This document shows, one piece after another, positions 34,783-49,708 of a stretch of DNA of 64,000 nt (its first letter is position 1; every line of letters begins with the position of its first letter). A program made the translations under genes and the position numbers. The notes below the pieces were generated by a model. That model had not been told where the DNA came from and ran no database searches. It saw nothing but the letters and a program-made list of their open reading frames with translations. The stretch comes from Camelus dromedarius (Eukaryota), in contig NC_087437.1 of NCBI RefSeq assembly GCF_036321535.1, positions 38,070,001 through 38,134,000 of the forward strand, in the 5' to 3' direction.

Positions 34783-35774
34783 GTACAGACAGCTTTTACC
34801 GGCCCCAGATGGAAACAACAGAAGTAAAATTTTCTCTCAAGTCTTACACCACCAGCACACAATGAAATTAAGAATTAAAAATAAACCTTTCTTGTTCCCA
34901 GAAATTAAAATCTCAATATGATGAAAAGTCTGTATCTGGCTCTTTTCCTTGGCTCCCTAAAGTCTATACCACGTCTCAGCATCACGAGCCAGTTCGACCC
35001 TGGCTCTGGTCCCCACCCCAGCTCCATCCCTGGCCTCCACTCGGTGTTCACTGCTGCACCTTTTTGGCAGATGATGTGTTTCAGATGCCTGCACCCCACA
35101 CTTGCTTCTGAAATTTAACATGCAGAGACACCAGGCATGAGAAATAGGCCCCTAGGATGCTGTCTGGAAAGAGACTCCCCAAGGCAAGCAGCAAATAAAA
35201 TAACTCAATAGAGAGTAGAGGAAATCAACTGAGAAGCAGAAAATAATATGATTAAAATGAAGAAAAATGAAAAAAATCCTTTCCTTTTTGTGTTCTGCAC
35301 ATTCTATCTCGGATTTTTAAAATGGCAGGCATAGCTATACATACAAAATTGTAGGTGGCAAATTACTCCCCTGAGGGCTGCGTATTTTAATAATGTAAAA
35401 GTGAAGCAGGCAGCTATTTCCCCTCCTTTGGGCAGGAGGACAGAGGTGATTCTGGATGGACAGTGGGCAAGGATGGAATATAGAGCCTTAGATGGAAGGG
35501 CAAAAAGTCCATCTGAAGGCCAAATCACTTATCAAATGAAGGGACCAGAAACTGAAGTCAGGGACCAGAGAGACAGCGAAGCAGTAAGGTGTTTGGAGTG
35601 GTCTCCCGGAACAACACCTAACAACAAGGCTGTGCTTGAGGATGGTTCCTTGCGGCTCAGCTGGCTGGCGGTGTGTGTCAGGAGGATAACAGACTGCGGC
35701 AGACAGAAGATATGCATCTCGCAGCATCAGGAAATCCTGAATGCCCTTTGCTTTAGTCTTCCTACGTGAGGCTA

Positions 35775-36228
35775 CTCATTCATGCATCAGATACAGCAGG
35801 GAATAAAAGAGACAAAAATACCTTCTCTTATGGAGTTAATATTCCAGGCAGGGGAATCAAACTCTAACATAATAAATATGCATATTAAGCAGCCATAGGT
35901 GTTAAGTCCCAGGGAAAACAAGTAACAGGGCAAGGAGGTCCAGAGGAGTTGAGTTAATTATTGGATAGTCTTCACTGAGACAAGGTGACATTTAAAAACC
36001 TCTTGAAGGAAGTAAAGGTATGAGCTAAACAGATACAGTCTGAGATGGGGTCCTGAGGAAAATCAAAGAGACAGGTGCACTTGGAGTGGAAGGAACAAAG
36101 AGGTAGGTAGCTGTAGGTGAAGGCACAAAGGTATGGGAGTTCTTATCACATAGAACCTCGTAGGCCATTAGCAGGGTTTGGGTTTTACCCTGAGTGAAGT
36201 GAGAAGCCATTGGAGAGTTTAGACAGGC
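35775..36228 (-). mobile_element. L2 fragment
   Basis: ctcattcat...gatacagcagggaataaaagagacaaaaatacct...ttcactgagacaaggtgacattt...gagaagccattggagagttt. Confidence 0.75.
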
Positions 36229-38182
36229 AACTAGACCCCCAGAGGTTTCATTAGTCCAATGTTACACCTACACGCAGGCTTCCGTGTCCTCCCCTGTGAC
36301 TAATTTTTCTCTCTACACCTTCCTCCCTCCAAGTATAATAATCCTATCAGACTTACAGAAGTCCTTGCATTTGCCCTTAACTCCAGCAGCAGATAGCCAC
36401 GTGAGCTCTTTTAACACGGTTTGGGAAATAATACCCAGAGATTGACAAATACCCTTTTAACCAAGCAGTACCTGATGGATGCCCTTTATAATTTTATTGA
36501 TTTTTCATGTTGATGTTTTTGTACTGTAGTGACACCTTAAAAAGTCTATCTATGTCTGCAAAGGACCCTTTGGATGAATTTATGAATCACCAAAATCCAA
36601 TGATAGTGATCTACATTACCTCAGGTCCAGGACAGCGGCGGGAGATGCCTACAGTTCATCCTGACTTCTCACATTTTCTGTGAATGTCTTTAAGCTCTTT
36701 GTTAAATAGGAAATGATCCTCCTTCACACTCCTGGTTTTAATATTCTCAAAGCACTTCTTTTCTCTTCCTTCACCCTTTACTACTACTCTCACAGGAGTA
36801 GCCAGTTATCTGGTTGCTGGGTAAAAGCCATTGTTACGCATTTTTCTGTTTGAGCTAATCTACCAAAAGGTGTAAACACGGGATTTTGTCTCCTCTTCCT
36901 CCTCCATCAGGGAACAAATGAGTACTTGCCCTGCAGGCTTAACCCCTTCCTCAGCTGGGCTTTCCCAGGCCGGGACTGAGGGCCAGTCCATGTGACTATT
37001 AGTTAAACTGTATCCACCAATGTACCTGGAGAAGTTGACATTTTGTCCTTTTTTGTCCTTTTTTTTTTTTTTTTTTTTTTTTTTTGCAATCTGTTAGGAA
37101 TTTTGAGAGTGGTGAAGGTTGTTTCAATTCCTTGATACTCTTCATAGATTAAAACCCTGCATTGGTCTCAAGATGCAACAAATTTGGAACTATGGTAACT
37201 AAAAGTAGGGGTACCATCGAGAAGCTGTGATTTTCCATTGCTTTCAATTAAGTATTGCAATTTTCCTAGTAAATCTCATTCTTAGATTGGTAATATTCTG
37301 CTACTAGGTGACAATGTTGCCACACATTCTAGATTCCAAGGTTAATCCTTTTTGATTGAACTAGAAGGGGTAGACATAGAATTTATATCTCCGTGTTAAG
37401 GAAAAAGAAATGACCAGTGTAAAACTCTATCTTCAAATGCAAGTGAAATATACCGATAGAGTTCATTCTATTTTTACTTGAGGAAAATGTATGCATAGAG
37501 ACCTTAGGCATAGATTTTAACCATATAGTTAGATAAATTTTGTCCAGCACATACACCATAAGACAACACCTCAATTGAGATAGAGAACACTTTCATCACC
37601 TTAGGAAGCTTCAGATAACTGTTATAGAATATGACTCTCAAGAGGGACAAGAGGGTAGGGACAAAAGTGAGGGAAGACCCAATTTAGAAAATATCAGAAT
37701 ATCCAGGCTTAAGCGTAGGTCTAAAAGGATCCCTTCTCACAAATCATGTGGAGGTGTTGGTGGTGGGAGTGTGTGTCCTGCCCCTGCCTTTGGAGTGTTA
37801 TTTGTGAGAGTGTGTTGTGCAAGTGAACGCTCTCAGAGTAGAAAAACTGGGTGAAAAGCCTAGAACATTTAATGAAACAAGCCCCTAGAAACAGTATGAC
37901 ACTTAGTTGCATATTATGTGATCAATATCCCTGTGGAGCATTCATCTTGAACACAGCTTCACCCTCTTGTTGATTTGAAGGCAGACATCTTTCCCTGGGA
38001 CCGATAGCCTTAATGGCAGACCAGCCTGCTGGACAGATGCTGTTCGGCTAAGTGATGAGGTGTCTCTCCTATTAACAGTTGCCTCTCATGTGTGGCGTGA
38101 CAGGTGAGTAAAGAGCTGTCTATTGGGTCCTCTCTGTAGAAATGGCTCTACCACTCTTGGGATACTTGGAATGTTTGCTTTT

Positions 38183-38621
38183 CCCCCCAACTTAATGGAG
38201 ATAGAACTGAAATATGACACTGTGTAAGTTAAAGGTGAACAGCATGGTGATTTGATACAAGTATAGATTGTGAAATAATTACCAAAAAATTAGTTAACAC
38301 TTTCCATCACATAGTTACCACTTTTGTGTGTATGCATGGTGAGAACATTTAAGATCTATTTTCTAAGCAACTTTCAAGTACATAATACAATATTGTTAAC
38401 TCTAATCACCATTCTGTTCCTTAATTCACTGGAACTTACTCACCTTAGAATCAGAAGTTTGTACCTTTGGACCAACATCTCCCCATTTTTGCCAGCGCCA
38501 GCCCCTGGCAACTACCATTCTCCTCTCTGTTTCTATGAATTTAGCTTTTCAGACTCCACATATTAGTGAAACCATACAGTGTTTAACTTTTTCTGTCTGA
38601 CGTATGTCACTTAGCATAGTG
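38183..38621 (-). mobile_element. L1 3' end (L1MA9-like), 5'-truncated
   Basis: tgtgtaagttaaaggtgaacagcatggtgatttgatac...gtgagaacatttaagatcta...ttagcatagtg. 17-bp TSD with one mismatch: ttggaatgtttgctttt (38166-38182) and ttgggatgtttgctttt (38622-38638). Confidence 0.88.
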
Positions 38622-38995
38622 TTGGGATGTTTGCTTTTATCGTAAGAAGGGAAATATAAATTCACTTCTGAAAATTAACAAATTACTCAGTCTTTCTAGA
38701 CATCAGCTGGATTTTCCAGCTGGGTATAATTTGATATTTCATTTTTTGCCCACCTAAAATGACTTGACAATCTGCAACATTTACAAAAATGCAAATTGCT
38801 TTAGAAAAATAGCTATAAAGATTTTATGTCTTTGGAAAACAAAACCATCAACCCAAAACCAAAACAAAACTCAAACAAAACATGAAAGCAAATTAAATGA
38901 CATTCTGAATAATACATTATTAAAAGAAATGGTAAGCATTAAGGGAAGCTTCCTCTGAGTTGGTTAGTACTGAGTGCTATACCCCATCTGGGAGA

Positions 38996-39270
38996 TGATG
39001 ATGATGATGATGACGATGATGAAGGGGAGAGCAGAACTTAATTGCTCTCTCCTAGTGTCAGCCTCTGAGCTAAATGCTTTGCACGTGTCACTTCATTACA
39101 TCTTCACCACACTCCAAGAGATAAGCATCGTCATTGTCCCTTGTTTGCAGGTAAGAAAAGGGAGACTTAGCTACAATAAGTAGTGTCTAAGGGGCCCAAC
39201 CAAAAAATGGCAAACCCAGGGTTCAAAATTAGATGGTGCGACTCTGAAGACCTTGAACTCAACCCCCATG
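38996..39270 (-). mobile_element. MIR SINE with (ATG)n tail
   Basis: An (ATG)n run is followed by gagctaaatgctttgcacgtgtcacttcatt...ttgcaggtaagaaaagggagacttag...cccagggttcaaa. Confidence 0.65.
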
Positions 39271-39839
39271 GTGATGTTTCTCCAAGTTGGAGCCATGAAC
39301 CATTTACATCAGTGTCAGTGGAAAATGCAGGGTCATTGGCCTCACACCAACCCTTCTATGTTTATGTCCAACCCTAGTAATTAAAACTGACCAAGCTCAC
39401 AGTAAATCTTAAAACACGATTCCAGTGTATATCCTCTTCTAACAGCCAACATCTGCCAGGACAAAGGGTGAGTACAAATACAAATACATTTTATCTATAA
39501 AATCAGTTTCTGGAATGAGATAGAAATAATTTTTGTCTACTTTCATTGTCTATGAAAAGTGCCTAAATATGATGAAATCAAAAAGAATGACTTGTTTTTA
39601 CTAAATATGAAATTCTTTTTAATGTATTAGAATGGTTCTCAACTGCTTGGCTGCCCCTCCACAAACTTAAGTAACCAAATGTGCTTCTGTCACTAAGAGT
39701 GGTGACTAAAACAGTGACTGAAAAGGGACAAGGAATAGAGTGTGTGTGTAAAAAACAAAAAAACAAAAAACACTGTTGGATGGGGAAATAGTCAGTTAAA
39801 ATAATCTCCTTAGATCATTCTGACATAACCTCTAGTTTA

Positions 39840-40046
39840 TTTTTTATTTTTTGCTGACTATAGTTGATATACAGTATTGGTTTCATGTATACAACATGGT
39901 TCAACATTTATATACTTTATGAAATAATTACCACAATAAGCCTGGCAACCATCTGTCACATGTAAACCTATTACAATATTGTTGACTATGTTCCTTTCAC
40001 TCCACATGACATCCCTGTGACTTATTTATTTTATGACTGGAAATTT
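39840..40046 (-). mobile_element. L1 3' end fragment
   Basis: ctatagttgatatacagtattggtttcatgtatacaacat...accatctgtcac...attacaatattgttgacta. Degenerate TSD taacctctagttta (39826-39839) and taaccccttgttta (40047-40060). Confidence 0.8.
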
Positions 40047-43000
40047 TAACCCCTTGTTTAGTTGAGACTCCTTGATGTCATTTTTGTTAACCACTCCTAC
40101 TGCTAATTTCAATAATGTGCTATTTTGAATCTTGGTAAAAAAAAATCACAGACTACATTACTGTCAATAGTCATAAAAATATTTACTTGTAGATCAAACA
40201 TCACATATTATAGTAACTGAACCACAAAATGTTCAGAAACTAGCCAAAAGGAGCGTCCATTTTATCTTGTTTCATTAAAAGAGAATCAAAAAGTTACTTG
40301 CTATTCAAAGAGAGGAAAAGTGTGTTCTTTTAACACAGCATGCTGGTTAATACATTTTATTATGTAGTCAACATAAATAAGAAAAAAAGATTTATAATAT
40401 ACTATCCATGCTGACATAGTATATTCTTTTTGGTATGAATATATAATGTACAGAAAACTGTTCAAGTATTTCAGAGATTATTTTACATTCTATCACTATA
40501 AGTTCTAAATATTTTGATGCCGAAAAATCAATGATCAGATCTAGTTTCAACTGACAGATGTCTCCAAATTAAGATGTCAGATATTTCAGTTATTCATTCT
40601 GAATAAAACCACAATGCCAAATGTCACTACAGAGTGTAAAGGAAATTGTCATATCAATTAAGATGAAATCAGTCATGATCCATATGTTAAAAAGCCATAA
40701 TTGTGAAGGCTGAGCCATTACTTAGGAACTTGAGTTTTATATGTTCATAAATACACCAGTGACATAGTAACTCTTTTCCTCTGTTTGAATCTATAGTAAA
40801 TAGCGATATAAAAGGAAAAAAACCCTACTTTTGTCACCAAATTTCAAGCATTATTTTGAATTTAAAAAGGGACAACACTTCTTGCAAATGGATACACTCT
40901 ACATGTCTCTGTCATCATAACATGCCATCCCCACGGGAATGTAAAATTGTCACAATAGGGTGTTGGAAACCATCATTTTCTTTGTAATACTGATACAGCT
41001 TATCACCTCCGGAAATTTTGTGTGCACTGAAGCTGTCTTTTATCAACCCTACTGAACTATAAGCTCTTTGAAGGTGGAGACATAGTGTTCACCTTTGTTT
41101 CCACACTTGTAGCACAGAGTTGACAGTGGTAGATTTTGAGTAAAAAAATTGTACTTTCCTGTGCCTGCCCTTCCCAGGAATGATCTGAGCAGAGAGGTTA
41201 TGAGAACAGGTATCCCATTTCCATGAGGTAAACCATGGGAGAGCCAGGACCTGTGGTTTCTACAAGCCTTTATCACAAAACTAGGCTATTACAGTTGTCG
41301 TAAATATTCATCTTCACAAAAATTTTTAAAGCATTTTCTCAGGTGGATGTAACTGCATTAAGATTTCCCAGGTTTCTTCTCTCCACTATGCTGTGGGAAT
41401 CATTTAACATTCTTAGTCATCACCGACTACATGCAAGGCACTAGGGAAAGAGGAGAGCGAAATGTAAGCATGTCCCTGGCAGCAGGCACAGACCTTATTG
41501 AGCGAGCATCTCGGAACTAAGGCAATCAGGTTACCAAGTGAAGAAGGGAGCCCTGTAATTTAGGATAGAGGGAGTAAGAGGCGGAGTCAGGAATAGTAGG
41601 TATTGTTCTGGGTGCACTACTAGAGCGGTTCTCGAATTCTGCTGTAACACAGAATTGTAAGTGTATTGGTTCAAAGTATGTTGCCAACCTAAGATTTGGA
41701 CCGTGTATTTTGATATGAAGTCAGCTCTCCTGGAACATTTTTGAATAAGATTTAAATGAAATTTTATTTTTTATTAAGGATCTTGTAGCGGAGATTTTAT
41801 AATAAAGTACTAGTGTCGATGTTGGGGCATGTGGAACGGGAAGGGGAGGAAGCAGAAGCAGTGAACTTTCTGTTGTCTCATCTGGCCATGCTTCTGCGTG
41901 TCTGGAATCAGGTTACCAAGCCGAAGGCAGGAAATCTGGGGAGAATTCATATCTGTAAACCTAGGTCAGAGACAAAGGATAAATACTTTCAAAGATGGAC
42001 TCTGTAGATAACCTAAATTACATAAATATCTTCAAATTTATTAATTTGGCTTTATTGCTTCATTTATCAAACCCAAATAAGACTAACATCTTACATATCA
42101 GTGATCTCAAATTATGCTTCTATCTATGGAAAAAATTGATAACACACAAGTACTATCATCTTATATTAATTAAAAATTGTGAATCAAGTTATATCTTACA
42201 TTTCTGTTAGCATTAATATTTTGAATATTAAACCTGAACAACTAGACCTTTCAGTCTAACAAAATTTTCTTTCTTCTACTAAAAAAGAGCTGTCAAGGAA
42301 ACAAATGAATTTTTATTTCCAAACTACAGAATATTTTTGTAGTCAGCCAATCTAGTAAACAATACAGAGTGTGATCCTGAATGACTGTTCACAAATGTGA
42401 ACCTAAGACACTTATATAAAATGAATTATATTATACTAATAAACTTTTTTACCTATAAAGAGGTAAATGTGGTTTGACATAATTTAGAAATAAGTTCTAT
42501 GAGTGCTAAAATAATAAAGAAAAAATTCTATTTAAACATAAGTGCTTCCAGAGAAAAAAGCAAGGATTATTTCTTTTATCAAGAGAAACCAAAGCGAAAG
42601 AATTTTCTAGTGCTGGTCCTTAGGCAGGAGCTCACCTCACTTGTACCAATAGCTTTCTGTGTTAGTTTTCATTGTATACATTCTTTCTGAATACAAGAAA
42701 AGAGAGGCATACTGTGGAATGGCTAAATAAAATAATCATTGTTAAAGTTTCCCACACACCTTAATTATAATTATTATAATTTACCTTTTTTTTTTCTCCC
42801 AGGACAGTTAACTCATTCAACACTTTGATACTTTTACTTCAATAAATTGTTCTCCTATTTCCCATTTTCCTTTCAACATTAGCATATAAATATAATTATC
42901 AATTTACCATATAAAAGTCAGATTTAAGAGTCCATCTTACTCCTCCTTATATTTCCTATATAGCTTATTTTGGGCTTATGATTATGATATAATTATTAAC

Positions 43001-43939
43001 ACTAACTGAATGAATTCCCAATAGTTGACTAGTGTGGGGACAAGATAGAGAAAGGAATGCTCTCCTGCATTGAAAATTGTAATTATCTGAGGATAGCGAT
43101 ATTATCATTTGAAATGATCCTCCAGTGCTCAAAGAACTAAGGATGAAATAGTTACCAATAAAAAGAAATTGAATATAATTTTCTCCTTACTCAGAAACAG
43201 AACCTTAGAATCAACTAAATAGAACCTCCTAATTTTTTAAATCTTGGATTAATCAGCAGGGTTGCATTAGAGAAAAGTCACTGTGACTAGTGGTAAATTA
43301 GGCAATTTTCCCAGTAAGGATTTAGTCATGCTTTGGACTTTAAAGTATTTGTATTGTAGACATATTTATTCACCCCAAGTTGTACAATATCCATCCAGAA
43401 GGCTAGAGTGAAGAAAATGTATTGAAGCTTTTAGTCACACTGAAAAAGGCCACTTAAATGTGTAGATGATAGAACCAGCTTGCATTAGGTATCTACCTTC
43501 CAAATGACTGATATGGCTGTTTTCATAAACCTAGACATTGAAAACAAAGTTACCTGCTACAATAAAATGGTAGACTGTTAATATATAAAATCAAAGCAGA
43601 GTTATGCTGAGTCATCTTAAAAGGGATGGTTGTGTCAAGGTCTAGTTGACCAGATTTAGCTCCTTTAATAAAGAATGAAGTGGAAGGTGAGCTAAACAAA
43701 TAGCAGAATATCAGCAAAGGCTGTGCTAATTTCTGAAAATATAGCAGTAAATCCTAATTTTTGACAGTTCATAGTCATAAAATTGAATGAACAAGCATAT
43801 AATAAAAAATATATTCATAGGTAAGCATATACATGTAAATATAACATGTTGTATATCCATGTATGCCTGTGTGTGCATACGTGTGCATATACTTGAAGGC
43901 AAAGGAGGTGAGAGTAACAGATAACAGACTGGTCAACTG

Positions 43940-44790
43940 AGCCGTCAGGAAACAGCTCTTGGGAGTTAATATTCATGCTAATAATTGAAGAGTGAGCAAA
44001 AATTGGTCAAAGGAAGTGGGGGAAAACTTCAGGCAGATGAGAAAGCCTTAAGTGAGACAGATTCACCTGTTGGAAAAAAGGAAAGCAGGTGGATGTGACT
44101 GGACCCTAAGAAGGGAGAGACCAGTGGAAGAGAATTTTGTGATTTTTGTGAAGGCTGGTTGGTTTTTCCCCATCCATCTCACACTTCTGCTCTCTTCTCT
44201 GTTGGTTTCACTTCCAGGAAGCTTTCTCCAATTTGCAGCAAACATTAGCAGCTCCAGTCTTTAGGGCTCGGAACTTCAGACACAGTCATGTCTTCACACT
44301 GTTTCTTTGGCTGTCTTTCCCTAGTTTAAAGGCAATTCCATCCTTCCATATTTGAGGGCAAAAATAGTTATCGTTGACCCTTCTCTCACACTCCAAATAT
44401 AAGTTATAAGTAATCCTTGTAGGAAACACGTTCAAAGCATTTCCTCCAGTGTCTGCTCACTTTTATCACGTGTCCCTGCAATCATCATCTTTCACTTGGA
44501 TCATGTCAAGAGCCTTCTCTGTGATCTTTCTACTTCACTCTTGTTCAGACTTGGCTGTTTCTAAGGCAGCAGCCACTCCTCTGACCTCATCTCTACCTCA
44601 TCTGCTCTCCTTTCTCTTTACTCACACAGATTCAATCACATAAGACACCATAACTGCACATAAATGTTTGCAGGCTTTAATTTATTGGATTTATCTCATG
44701 AATTTATTTAAAGAATTAAATGACAACATGCATGTACATGTTTACTATCATGGTTCCCAATAAATAATAGCAGCTATTGATGATGATTAT
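43940..44790. mobile_element. L2 and MIR fragments
   Basis: L2-like ggcaattccatccttcca...ttctctcacactcca (plus strand, ~44330-44640). MIR-like aagaattaaatgacaacatgcatgtacatg...caataaataatagcagctatt (~44700-44790). Confidence 0.5.
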
Positions 44791-47700
44791 TGGCAATTAA
44801 AAAATTGATTAGTCGATAGAGACAGAATATATGATTCATAAAGACTTTTATTCTTTGATTTATAGTTGTCTCCCTAAATTAATAGAATACCATTAGAATT
44901 TAAACAAGGCATTTTTGTGAGGTGACCAGTTTAAAAAGTTATGAATTTTGTATTAATTTTGGAGTAAATCTGGATGAAGTAGATGAACGATATTGAAACT
45001 CATGATTTAGACTTTAGGCAGCTGAAAAGTTACTAATACAGCATCCCTCAAGGAAAGCTGCACAATAAGCTATAGTTGTGACATAGTGTGTGACTCCTAG
45101 AGGTTTATGGAATGAGTGCCCAGTGACATGGGGCCCTTAACCTCCACAAGCACTGCAACTGGAGGGGGAATCAAGAGGGGGTCCTCCTTGGTTACTTATT
45201 CGCAATTTCTCATTTTGAGTCTCTTACTATTGTATCTGGAAGTAAAAAAGGGACTTGAAGAAAACAGCTTGCTGCAGAGTGACTCTCCACTTCTTATTTT
45301 AAGACTGTTTACTGCTCTCTAGTTTTCCTTTTTAATGATTTTTTAATTCTCATTGCTTAAACAATAGATAGGAGGAAGTTCATGACAGGGACTGATCACA
45401 TTAAACAAAGAAAAGTTCTTTGCGCAGGAGTGAGAACACTGCTGACTTCACTTCCTGCACTACTTACTGCTACTTGAAAGACGTATTACGGGATTAGTGC
45501 CTCGTCTAGTTCACTTTAAAGTTGGTGAAATATTTCTAGTCTCTAAGCACTTAAAAAAAGGAGTCATCTAATATACCGTACTTTCTAATTACTCAATTAT
45601 ATATAAAATGACAGCATAATGGCTGGAGAAAGAAAATGTGCATAACAAGGTATCTAAACCCCTTTCAGGAAGAATCTCCTGCCACGAAAGAACTGAACCA
45701 CACATATATTACTATGAAATATGCTTTTCTGTACTGGAATTTGAGTTCTACAAGAGGAAAGGCATATTCCTGATAAACAGAAATAGAAAAATATACTTAT
45801 TTAAGACTCTCCATTATAAGGCATTCATAATCTGAGAGCTTTATGTGAAATAATGCTCCTTTTCTGGCAAAAAATGTAATTTGGTAGACAAAAAGTTTTG
45901 TTACACATGAATATAAAATATTATCTATTGTAAAGCAGGTTATTTTTATAAAATTTACCATGGCAAAAGTACAAATCTTAGTTCATCCTGGAGTCTGTTT
46001 CTCTTTTCTTAGTAAAACTTAAATGTTAAATATAAATTAACTAAATTAAACTAGAATTGAAGGCTATATTTGTATAGTAAACATTATTAAATTATTATGT
46101 AATGAGACCTTATAGAACATGAGTTATGAAAATATAGAATAAAAATAATTAATGTCAATATTTATATCAGTTTATGTTACATGCCTTTCTACAGTGTTTC
46201 AACATGTCATTAATTTAAAAGAGATATGACTATAGGACAAAATGTAAACTTAATTAGGGATAAATTCTTGTATTCTACAGGAAGATTGCAGAAAGTGCCT
46301 ATCTTTTAATAATACGGCTACTTTAAAGTTAAAATTCTTAGTGAATCATTAACTGATTAGTTTAACTGGGAAATCAGTGAGAATCTACACCTTTGTTCAG
46401 CTTGAAACACTAGAAACTATAGAACATTCTGTCATTTATATACATATACGAATGTATACATTTTCATATATAATAAGAAATTTATTACATTTCATTTTAA
46501 TAAGAACATCATTAAAAACAGTGAGAAAATAATGTTTCTCTCTGCTTGGCCATGCCACAATATTTATTGCTGTTAGGGTAAATTATTGGGTTAAGAATGA
46601 ATTCTTCAGTGGATGGATAACCATCGTAGGCATTTCAGAACATGAGAAGTTCTTACTGCAGCCCAAAGGAAAGCTCTGGGGTCATACGCTAACTAAGTAT
46701 GAATATTTTTTATGAAGGTCATAAGACACCACTGCCACTTAAATAATGTGTTTTTTTTAAATTTCACAAATATCTCTTTAAGTTTTGCTTAATTTTTTTT
46801 CTCATATCAGTAGATGAAAGTATTTCCAAATTACAAATGTCAAAATGGGCAACACTGAACACATTGTAGCTTGTTGGCTCTTTTTTAAAAGGTGAGAGGC
46901 CTGAGGGAAGGAACAGTGCAAGGAACTTTTGCTTTTTACAATGATCTACAGTTATGGAAGGGTATGTCTGGGTTGTGCTAAGATGGCTTTTTATTTTTAT
47001 TTGGTCCTTGCAGGCTTCTCAAAATGTTGTTAATCATCCTGTGAAATAAACAGATCAAGGCAAAGCCCCAAAGAACTGGTTCCTTCTAGAGTGTTCACTT
47101 GGGTTTGGGGGTTATAATTTAAATGTAAACATTACTGTTGTGACAAACTTTTGTAAAAACCTATAAAGAAACACTGAAGTCACTGCAGCATGTGTATGGT
47201 TTCTCCCACAGGCCAACATGTCCAAATCTGTGATTTGTATTTGGGAATTGAGAAGCTCTTGTGGTTAACACACGTAGATGGGTGATGTACAATCAAACAA
47301 ATCATTGTTCCATGTTTAGGACTACCATCTACTGCATCAGGGAAGAAAGCAGGATAATGCTTTCTTCTGGAAAAAAAAAAAGGAATCTGGAAAGCATATG
47401 TTTTGAATGATTATATTGGGTAAATAAGAGTATATTTTGTGAGTTACATGTGATGTTAATTGTTTGGTTTTGATTTGTTTATGTTTTGATTCTACATAAA
47501 ATAGGATTTAGAAAGCTAGTAGTTCTAATTTGCTTTTCTCCATGATTTAAATAGTATTTTAAAGCATGCTTAAGAAGAAATATCTCACGAATTTTATCTT
47601 CTGGGGGAGGGACCCTTAGGAACAAAAGTTGTCAGATCAGTAGGTTAGTTCTCTTGTTCTCTTCTCTTTCATCATATCAGCACGGAAGACTATCAGCCTC

Positions 47701-49052
47701 TAGGTGGGATTCAACTAATCTCCTGACCCACAGCTGTGCCCTGGCTATTGAGCCTGTCTGAAAGGAGGACACGCTGGCACTCACTGTTGTTCCCAGTGCT
47801 TTTTGTCAGTTTAACATTTGATATCGCGTTGTAAGCTCACAAGCCCAACCTTTATAATTATTTCAGCTTTACTCCTTTATCCTTAAACTGGCTTCACCTC
47901 ACTCATCCATTTCAGCAATTGACCTTGCTGTGCGGTTGAATTTTCCATACTCATCTGTCCACATTTTGTTTTCATTTTTTCCCCAACCTATTATAATGAA
48001 AAGGTGTGGTTCACCCTCAGGGCCATTCTTACCTCTGGGCTCGGATTCTCTATCATCACACAAAAGACCTTGTGTAATGTCAGTGTGTATGTTGACTGGC
48101 CCAAGGGCCTCTTTGACAGAGAACACAGGGTCCTTTACATTCAATACAGGGAATCAACTTGCATGAGGGTGTTGATAAGAAGTGATGACTTTACTAAGGT
48201 TTTTGGGGGGAATTGAAGAGTAGCTTTATGTCCAACACTGAGCAGAATTTCACTCAGAGACCCAAGTTAAAATCTGTTCCTCAATCCCTTTAGATGGTTG
48301 CCAGCATTAAGTTTCTTTTCTTTCCTTCTTACAGAAAGAGCCCAGCAGTTCTGGTCCTACTTTTTCCACTCTCATTTGTTTCCTATTGTGTATCAATTGC
48401 TCTTCTTTTTTTATTTTGCTTTATTTTGTTTTGTTTTTCCATGCAGGTAAAGTGAGCTAAGTCAGATATCTCTTAAATGCGTACTTGCTTTAGCTCTTAA
48501 AACTTCTCAGCTACATGAAAAGCCACTCTATCGACAGTAACAACTTGTACTCAATAGATGAAAGACCCTCCACTTAACCAAAACCATGCTCTTCAGAAGG
48601 AGTGGGTAGCTGCAGATGCTTAAACAATTATTTAGCTACAAAATTACTCCTTTTCAGTCCTGGACTGAATTCTTTCCTTCACTGGTTCTATCCCAGACAC
48701 ATTTAAACATGCTTTAACTGCTTCTGCATCAAAGTACAAAACAAACAATCAAGCATTTGAATGCACACTCACGTGCATGAATGCAACCCAAGGTTTCAAT
48801 TACCATCTATAAACAGATAATTCCCTAATCCTATCCTCTGTATACCTAATGGACAGCTCATTTATCTCAAACTCAGAATGTAGCTCTGTTTTTCTCACAA
48901 ATTTGTCCCTTCTTCAGGTCTCTGTAGCTCATTAAATAATCTGCAATTATTCAACCTTGGAAATATCTTTGATCTTTTATTCTGTCCCCCACTATATTTA
49001 TCAGTCTCCAAATCCAGTTGATTAACTCTACCTATCCAATATCTCTTTTAAC

Positions 49053-49057
49053 AATAT

Positions 49058-49100
<43 letters not shown>

Positions 49101-49298
49101 TCTATTTATAATTGAAGTATAGTCGGTTTACCATGCTGCGTTAATTTCTGGTGTACAGCAGAGTGATTCAGTCACATGTATTTTCATATTCTTTTTCATT
49201 ATAGGCCATTATAAGGTACTGAATATAGTTCCCTGTGCCATACAGTAGGCCTTGCTGTTTATCTATTTTATATATAATAGTCAGTGTCTGCAAATCCC
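49053..49298 (-). mobile_element. L1 3' end with (TTTA)n tail
   Basis: (TTTA)n followed by attgaagtatagtcggtttaccatgctgcgttaatttctggtgtacagcagagtgattcag...actgaatatagttccctgtgccatacagtagg. Same family as 28348-28930. Confidence 0.88.
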
Positions 49299-49708
49299 AA
49301 ATGTCTCTTAAACTGTATGTTGACATCTCGGCATATTGCCACTAGAGTGGGTCACCACATCTTTGTCCTGGCCACTGCAATAATCTCCTGTTGGCGTCCC
49401 TGCATCCATTTGCCCTCCTCCAAATCAATATTTTCAAATAAGAACTCATCTGTGTCAGTTCTGCTTAAAATTTTATAAAGAATTCCCACTGCTCCTCTTA
49501 CAGAATCTGAAACATTTAATGCAGCTTATAAGGATCTCGACATAAAGCCTTAACTTCCCAGACCCCTTGGACTATGTTGTGTACCCAGACAGTCCAAACT
49601 TCTTTACAGTGGGTGCCTCAAATATACCTCATTCGAATTCTAGTCCAGTGCTTTATGAATGACGTATCCTCTGTGCAGACTGAGCCGAACCATTCATTTT
49701 AGTAGTTT

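Noticed and set aside
35401..35769. 122-aa ORF in a purine-rich, higher-GC stretch
   Set aside because: GTG start, no domain or convincing exon structure; probably a chance ORF.
37041..37085. Short duplication ttttgtcctt x2 plus poly-T (also poly-A runs at ~4614, ~26137, ~56249)
   Set aside because: Ordinary slippage or homopolymer tracts with no associated element recognised.
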